This document shows, piece by piece, positions 54,076 through 64,000 of a stretch of 64,000 nucleotides of DNA. The translations under genes were made by a program, and so were the position numbers. The notes beneath the pieces are model-generated. The model was not told the origin of the DNA and ran no database searches. It worked only from the letters and a program-made list of their open reading frames with translations. Source of the stretch: Felis catus (taxonomy: Eukaryota); contig NC_058368.1 in assembly GCF_018350175.1 (NCBI RefSeq), positions 81,966,001 to 82,030,000 of the forward strand, in the 5' to 3' direction. How positions within the stretch are numbered: position 1 is the first letter of the stretch; each line of letters begins with the position of its first letter.

Positions 54076-56984
54076 TTTGCACGGGCCGGTCTCAGCGGCA
54101 GCGCCCGGACCAGGTCTCCTGTCTGCAGTGGCGCCACCTGTGTGGATTCCTTACCCTGGTGTTTTCCTCGCTCCGTGGAAGACACGTTCCTCTGGACACC
54201 AGAGCCAGCCTTTCCCTGTCCAGGTTGGGAAGTGCCATCAAGAGACGCTAGACGGTGGGACAGGAGTCCAGACGCCCCAGGACAGCCCCCCCCCCCATTG
54301 ACAGCAGGCTCTTCCAGTTGTGGTCAGGACACAGGGGAGGCAGTGGCGGGGGCTCTGGGAGCAGGGGCGGGGCGGGGGTCCCAGGAAGGCTGAGAGCCTC
54401 TCACCGGCCCCGATGCTTCTGCGTGGACTGAGCGGCTGCTCCTCCCGCTGGTCCCACGCTGGACGCGGCCGGGGGGCCATCCGCTGTCCTGCAAGCGGCT
54501 CGTGTGCTCCCAGGGGCAACGGTCCCCAGCCCCCAGATTAAACCAGTCTGTGTGGACGTGACTCCTCAGCGGCCCCGAGCGCCCTGTGTGCTGTGGGGTC
54601 TGGGGGAGGGGCCCGTCTGCTCTGCGCGGCCAGCCCTTCCCGTCAGGGTCCCCAGCCTGCGGTCATGAGGAGCAAAGTGCTTTAGCAAACCCTTTTCCAA
54701 ATGCCCCCACAGTTTGCATTTTGCGTAACTGCGATGAGCAAAGTTTCAAAGTGCCAGTACTGAGATGCCCCAAATGTCACAGGCTGGCAGCGTGCTTTGT
54801 CAACAGCAGGCAACGCGAGGTTAGGCAAATCGATGTGAGCGGACACGTGGTTTCCCAGAAGCCGTCAGAGGCACACAGAGAAGGCCCAGGCTGAGTGGGG
54901 GGGAGGCTGTCCTCTTGTGGGTTTTCCACGCACCTGAGCGCTCTGTGCGCCCCGAGCCCTGGACGGGTTCTGAGGTCAAAGGTGGTCTGGGGCCCAGACA
55001 GGATTGCAGCCGCCCCCATCTCTCACTGGTGGCCCGGGCGGCGATGGGGCTCACATGCGCATCAGAGGGGGAGACTGAGGCACACCAGAGAAGGGTGTGC
55101 CCCCGCTGCCTCCCTCTGGCAGCTCCTCCTCTCTTCCAGAAGGAGAATCCGTTCAGTGAGGCCCTGGAGGAGACGACGGGATGCCGTGGGGAGGGCGGTG
55201 AGGGCTGGGACTCATGACGGGGCACCTGCTGTCCCCTGTGCCCTGCCGCCACTCACCTCCCTCCATGATGCTATCTGCCTGGGGACGGAGCTAACGGAGC
55301 TGCCCGGCGCACATGTCCCTCTCACCAGGCTGGTCGGCTGCGACCGAGCATCGAGTGCCCCTCAGGGACACGGGGACATGGCAGGGTGGCTGGGGTGGGG
55401 CCCAGGCCCTGTGGACGGCGGGCACAAGGCCCAGGAGCTGCAGGGGAGAAGGTGGATGTGGTTCTTGTTCCCGAGGGAGAGGGCAGAGGTCTCAGGACAA
55501 ATGACATGAACCCCATCTGATCCATACCCCCACCTGTTCCTTGAAGGGTCAGTCGCCCCCAAACACTGAGTGGCTTCCACAGGCCCAGCCTGAGTTAGGT
55601 GGGGGGGGGGGGGGGGGGGAGGGCTCGCTGGATGGTGGGCTTGGCCAAGGCCGGGGACCAGGCCTGTTCAAGGGAGGCCGACGGAACTACCAGATCAGAG
55701 GGCAGGTGGGCCCGGGTTTCCATTTAGGGGCAATTCCACCGCAGGAATCCCTGATTGAAGCAGGTCACCAAGGACACCAAACCCTGGAGTCTCCCGGAGT
55801 CTCAACTTTGCAGAGAAATGACTGTTTCATCACAGACAGGACAGGTGGCTCCCCCAGCAAGACCGCCCACGGGAGTCAGTACATGAGGGGAGCGAGTGAT
55901 GGGGAGCCCGCGTGGCATGGGCTGTGAGGCCCCCGCAGCCAGGATGCTGACAGTGCACCATGTGTCCCCAGTCCTTCCCGTGTGACTGAGATTGAAGCCA
56001 AACTTGCTACTTCCCCCATCACGTGGTGCTGAGTGCGTCTCGGGTTTGAGGACACACTCGGTTCTTACAGAACGCCTCTGTGGTCCGCTGGTTGCCTGGC
56101 TCGAAGCCCCAGGCTGTGGTCCACTCTGTGCCTTTACAGAAACGCTTGCCACACTCCCTCGGGGACCCGTCCTGCCACACTGGCCTCCGTGCTGGGCCCC
56201 AGGCAGCCCATGGCCCTGGGGTCGCTCCAAGCCCCCGGAGGCTGCTTACTGGGCTCAGGTTCCTCTCCCCATCACACACCCCCTTATGTGCTCTCCTCCA
56301 GGCTGTGACTCTTGACCAGCCCCCTGCCCTCCTGTGTGCCCCCCGTGGAGGGGACCTGAAAGGTGAGCTCCAGGTGACTGTCCCCTGCCCAGAGCTGCCC
56401 ACGTGGGAGCCCCTGAGCCTTGTTACTCAGGGCCGCCCGCGGGATGCCGGCTGTCCCCGTTTCCTGGGACGGGACCTGCTGACCTCACTCCTGGGAAGCC
56501 CGCCCAGCTCCAGGGTCCTCGACACCTCACCTCAGCCCCCTGTGCCTTGGACACGGAAGAGAAGCAGTGCGGAGACACTGACACTGACTGTATGCGGTGA
56601 GGTGGTGTGTGTTGTAGGCCGGGGGCGTCCTCAGAAGCCCCTTGTCCTCAGGCCCGTGTCCGCAGACCTGTCCCTGGTGGCCGTGGGCTGGTGGGCCGCG
56701 TGGTGCTCAGGCCTCTGCTCCACCCCGCTGGGCCCTTCCCCAGAGGCCGGGGGCCAGGCAGGGCCAGACGTGACGAGCCGTCCTGCTTCTCTCACTGGTG
56801 ACACACGTGGGAAGTGGTGGCGTCTCTCCGGGCCCTTCTGGAGCCAGAGCCTGCCCTACAGTCGCCGCCACCCCACCAGCCCCACGCACCAGCCCCTCGC
56901 TGCCCTGCTCTCCCTCAGCACCCCCACCCTCTGCACACACAGGAGTAATGACATAAACCCAACTTTGTAACTTTTAAATGAAGA

Positions 56985-57085
56985 TGGCACATTGAAACCA
57001 TATTATTTTGGATCTATTGGGTTGGGTATGTGTATCATTAAAATTATTTTAAGGTCTCTCTTCTGATGTTTTAATTGTGCTGCCG
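56985..57085. mobile_element. MER33/MER3-like remnant
   Basis: attattttggatctattgggttgg...attaaaattatttt. Confidence 0.55.
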
Positions 57086-57489
57086 GGACACCGTTCTGAC
57101 CACTGGGGCTTCCGACGGTCCCGACGGCCCACCCCACCTCTGGTCAGAACCTCTGGAGCACACACCCCCATGTGCTGGGCTGATCAGCGTGTTGTCTGTA
57201 AGAGAGACCCACGCGGGACCTCAGGCAGTTTGCGGCACCGCGTCCGATCTTACACAACCCAAAACTATCACAGGACCTACAACAAAAGGGGATTTGTGGA
57301 ATTTCGTTCTGGAAGGGCTGTGGATAAGAGGAGTGGCCAGAAAACCCTCTAATAAAAGCCGAAAATGGACACTGTATATCCCTTTTAGTAAATGCGTCAC
57401 GGGGCTGGCACAACGGCAAGAAATCAAGAGGTGCGAAGGAAGAAAACGAAAGAAAGGTGAGCATACCCCAGCCGTGACCACTCACCCTC

Positions 57490-57700
57490 AAGTGGCCCGC
57501 AACCTCATGTCCCAGAATGGCACTCAGAGCTCCAGCCATCACACCTGTATCCCCAGCAGAAGGATGGAGGAAGGGACAAAGAAACAGCCACACCAGTTGT
57601 CTTTCAAGAAGTTTCCCGGGAGCTGCGGCCTGGCCATTCTGTCTGCATCCTGATGGCCAACACGTAGCCACACGGCCACACTTGACACCAGCAGCCCAGC
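57490..57700. mobile_element. Old MLT1 (J/K-like) LTR remnant
   Basis: gctccagccatcacacctgtat...tggccaacacgtagccacacggccacac. Confidence 0.55.
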
Positions 57701-59453
57701 TACACGTCGGGGGCTCTCGTCCTGGAGCCATGCTTCACCACTGTCATCCCTCCAGGGCAGATCAAAGAACCTCGAGGCTGCTCCCTGCCGTCCTTTGCCT
57801 GTGTCTGAAATGCCCCCACTTCCCACGCCTCTAGCTCCTGAGAGGACTCCTACCCACCCTTCGCACCTCGGAGGGAGAGCCACTTCAGGGGGACACTCTC
57901 GCTGGCCCTGCAGCCGTGGCATTGGGTCCCCCGGGTGTCTGACATAGTGTCTCTGCGGCCCCCTCGCTCTGCCTGGTTCGTTGGGAGGGATGGCTCGGCA
58001 GGTCCCGGCCCCGCACCACCAGCCGCGGCCAGGACCCGTCTGTCTGGTTTCTTGCTCAGCTCCCAGCACCCGGCCAGACCCTGGCATGTGGAAGTGCTTA
58101 GCAAGTACGTGCTGGGTGGGCTGAGCTGACCTTTCTAGCTCCCTGTCTCATCCCGCCTCCCCAGTCCTTCCCACGAGCCCGAGATTGGAGCCAAACTCGC
58201 CACTTCCCCCAATGGCTCGGGGGCAGACCAAACCCATGCTTATCCTCACGGGCAAGGACAGCTGGGAAGCCCCAGCTCAGGGGGGCTGCTTCTCCCAGCC
58301 CCCGTGGCCATGCTATGGTCACCCAGGGCATGTGAGTGGGGGCCCCGCAGGCCACTGAACCCAAGGGGAACACCATCCGGAGGCACTCAGAGAAAAATTC
58401 AGGAGCACCCGGCAGGAAGGAGACAGACACGGGCCTCGGCAAGGCTGCGCCCAGGGCGGGCCCCAGGCGGTTCCAGGACCCGCTGGTTCAGGCCGCGCTC
58501 TCCGCTCTGCCCCTCAGTGGTCAGTCGCCACCCTGGCGCCTCCATCCTGAGTGGAGTAACAGCGGCGCCCCCCCAAGCAGGGCCGAGATAAGGCTGGAGG
58601 GCAGACTCCCAGCGGCCGTTGGACCACCGCCTTCCTGAAGACGCAGCTCACACAAGCAGAGGCCCCAAACTGGTCTTCCCCAGGGCACGCACAGCACAGG
58701 CCCCAGGGAGCTCGAAGGGGCGGACACGACGTCCTTCCACAGGCTGATCTATTCACCCTCCCGCGCGGAAGCCACACAAGCCCTCAGCTGCGCAACCGGC
58801 CTGTCTCCGGTCTCCCCGGGGGAGCTGGAAGCCGCCGCAGGCCAACCGCCCCCGGAGCAGTGGCCGCAGTGGCCGCGGCTCTAACTGCCCAGGCACCACT
58901 GCAAGGGTGGACGCGGTCCACCAGAGAGAGCGCTTTTTAAAGGGATTAGAAATGTTAAGTTGATTCAAATACTTTTGAGTGAAATACCGGGAGTTGAAAC
59001 CTAGTTCAGATTTTTCAGCGTTAGGATTCTCAAACACATCGAGTGTATCTTCGCTCCTGACGTTATACCTCAACCCCAAGAGTAGACGTCCTGGGGGCCA
59101 ATCTCGCCCAGGAAGGGCCCTGGCAAAACTAAAGGTGATGTAGCAGCACACGCTGACTGGAGCGCGGAACCAGGGCAGGAGTGAGCCTTAGTCTTGGCCG
59201 AGGGCCTGTGTCATCTGCAAACCCCGTAAGGTCAGGAGGCTACAGATGTAAATGCCTGGATCTGCTAAGTGGGAACCTTACCTGGAAATTATCACCAACA
59301 CAGCATCAGCAGGGTGAACGCTCACAACAGCGTCCGGGTGACAACAGGGCTCGTCAGAGAGGACGCTGCTGGTAGACCTGCAGCGGAGACCCTGGGGGGC
59401 CAGAAAACGGAAAGGACTGCCCTTCCCCCACACAGCTCAGTGAAAGGGCTCTA

Positions 59454-59541
59454 GAGGCACCCAGCTGGCTCAGTCGGTGGAGCTCTTGATCTCAGGCTTG
59501 TGAGTTCAAGCCCCACGTTGGGGGTGGAGATTAAATAAAAA
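59454..59541 (+). mobile_element. Short/older SINEC
   Basis: gaggcacccagctggctcagtcggtggagc...ttcaagccccacgttggg head without the (CT)n body. Confidence 0.75.
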
Positions 59542-59542
59542 C

Positions 59543-59544
59543 TT

Positions 59545-59592
<48 letters not shown>

Positions 59593-59810
59593 TTTATTAT
59601 GGTTTTTTTTTTTTTGGAGAGAGAGAGACACACAGAGAGACAGAGCACAAGAGGGAGAGGGTCAGAGAGAGGGAGACACAGAATCCGAAGCAGGCTCCAG
59701 GCTCCGAGCTGTCAGCATAGAGCCCGACACGGGGCTTGAACCCAGGAACCGTGAAATCATGACCTGAGCCGAAGTCAGATGCTTAACCAACTGAGCCACC
59801 CAGGCACCCC
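59543..59810 (-). mobile_element. Full-length SINEC with (TTTA)n tail nested in the tail of the preceding SINE
   Basis: taaataaaaac on both flanks. Confidence 0.92.
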
Positions 59811-60773
59811 ATAAATAAATAAAAACATTATGAAAAAAAGTGTTCTAGAGGCCACTCGAGCACAAGAAGCAGGGACTTGGATTAGGGGACCCACCCCCAC
59901 TTGGGCAGAAGTGAGGTCTGTTCCTCTGACACAATGCAGACCAGCCGCAGGGACAAGATCTCTGTGTCCACAACCCTGAAGTGCCCCAATGTGCACACAA
60001 GCCAAGTCCAAAGAGAAGGCCATTGACACCCAAGGTGTGTCTCCTCCATGGCCAAGCAGGACCACATGCTACCGGTAACAGCTGATCCCGGATTTCTGCT
60101 GGTCGCTGTCCACTGCTGGAGGGAGGGCCTCATGGCGCTGACAAAGCCCAGAGTGAGATCCAGGCCATGAGCACACGGCTCTACACCCGGCTGCAGGGTG
60201 GCCCCACAGAGCAGCGGAAGGTGGCTGTTCCTCACGCACTGCCGTGAGAGAAAGGGACAGCGCGGCCCCAGTGCAAGAGGATTATGGGCCTGCCAGTGAC
60301 CACACTTTCCTGCTCAGGAAACTGGCTGGGGAAAGGGCAGCCTGGAGGTCAAGAACCTGCCGGCCATAAATCCACGGCACACGCTCCAACCCGCAGACAC
60401 CATCCAGGGCACATGGGTCCCTCAGCTGGGATCCGGATGTGCCTAGGGCACAGGTGACACTATGTGACTCGGGAGGCTGGAGCAGCCACCGGTGAGGCCC
60501 ATGTGGACTCGAACTGGGAGCCAGAGCCCAGAGCCAAAGCACCCCTAGTGGTCACCCAACCCCATGGGGCCAGCTGGCACCACAGGGAGCAGGCGCACAC
60601 CTCCCACCGAGCCCAGGGGGCCCGCCAGGCGGCAGGAGACTGACGCAGGACCAATCCGTCAGTCTTGAGCTGCGGCCTGTGCCGTAAGGGGAACCACGTT
60701 CTCTGAAGCAGCTTCTAAGCTTCTACCCTCAGTAACACCGCAAAGACAAGCTGAAACCACTTGGGACATTTTC

Positions 60774-60779
60774 TTTAGT
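60774..60779 (-). terminator. Possible PCID2 variant poly(A) signal (ACTAAA)
   Basis: tttagt on + strand at the end of an AT-rich 3'UTR-like block; I saw no canonical AATAAA on the - strand nearby. Confidence 0.35.
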
Positions 60780-61267
60780 AAATTTTGCACGAACAGAGGA
60801 AACGTGCACACTCTGAAAACATGGCAGGCTGTAAAATGTGGAACGTTATCGAAGTAAATTCATTTTGTACAAAGAAGCTTTAAATTAACCAAACACTTTG
60901 ATCAGATACAAAGTTCAAATTTAACGTATAAAAATAGATGTGCCTCCAGAAGACAGAATAAAGGACACGCCATTCGTATAAACTCAGGATGCTGTTTCAA
61001 AGGAAGGGTTACGTAAAAATTTACCAAGGTGCCTTTAGGAACAGCACCTCTGAGGTAACAGAGCTGTGCGGGGCACAGAGCCCCTTCGCCCGTCCACATT
61101 TTCTGAAGGAGCTCCCGCTCTCCGCATGGTGGACCTCAGTTGTGAGCCCAGAGAAACGAGCCCAGAGATCGCGGCGGCGGAGGGTCCTGGCACAGGATGG
61201 ATTTCATCTGCGCAAACGGTGACTGAAGGAACATGCCGCCCTCCCGTCCTCGGGACCGTACACGCAC

Positions 61268-63999
<2,732 letters not shown>

Positions 64000-64000
64000 G

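Noticed and set aside
55378..55415. atggcagg...ccaggccctg resembling the start of PROZ exon 1
   Set aside because: Short match, no hydrophobic signal peptide and no well-placed donor; expected by chance in GC-rich DNA.
56080..56970. 296-aa ORF in the F10-PCID2 interval as PROZ or a novel gene
   Set aside because: No Gla, EGF or protease motifs, non-ATG start, and composition typical of GC-rich non-coding DNA.
57935..60270. Scattered PROZ last-exon-like words (RTRLSG, QDPL, WLFLT)
   Set aside because: Three- to five-residue matches, not colinear and spread over more than 2 kb; a formal alignment would be needed to count them as remnants.

Overview
GC-rich mammalian genomic DNA. Multiple SINEC/CAN-SINE copies of the felid type point to a cat or other felid, in a region syntenic with human 13q34. 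On the + strand: the 3' 28 coding exons of MCF2L (Dbs/Ost Rho-GEF: Sec14, spectrin, DH, PH, SH3), then complete and intact F7 (8 exons, 446 aa) and F10 (8 exons, 477 aa). On the - strand: the last 5 coding exons of PCID2. Exon boundaries were read by hand from GT-AG sites and checked for phase. The most notable observation is an absence: PROZ (protein Z), which lies between F10 and PCID2 in human and mouse, is not recognisable in the ~6.7 kb gap-free interval here. Other observations: a 61/74-bp tandem duplication at the F10 3' end whose first copy carries the stop codon that shortens the C-terminal tail; a 44-bp minisatellite inflating F7 intron 3; an AATAAA 20 nt after the F7 stop; altered N-glycosylation sequons; and a non-canonical MCF2L SH3. 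I found no wholly new gene system. Comparisons with human and other orthologues are from recollection, not alignment, and repeat family names are assigned by eye.
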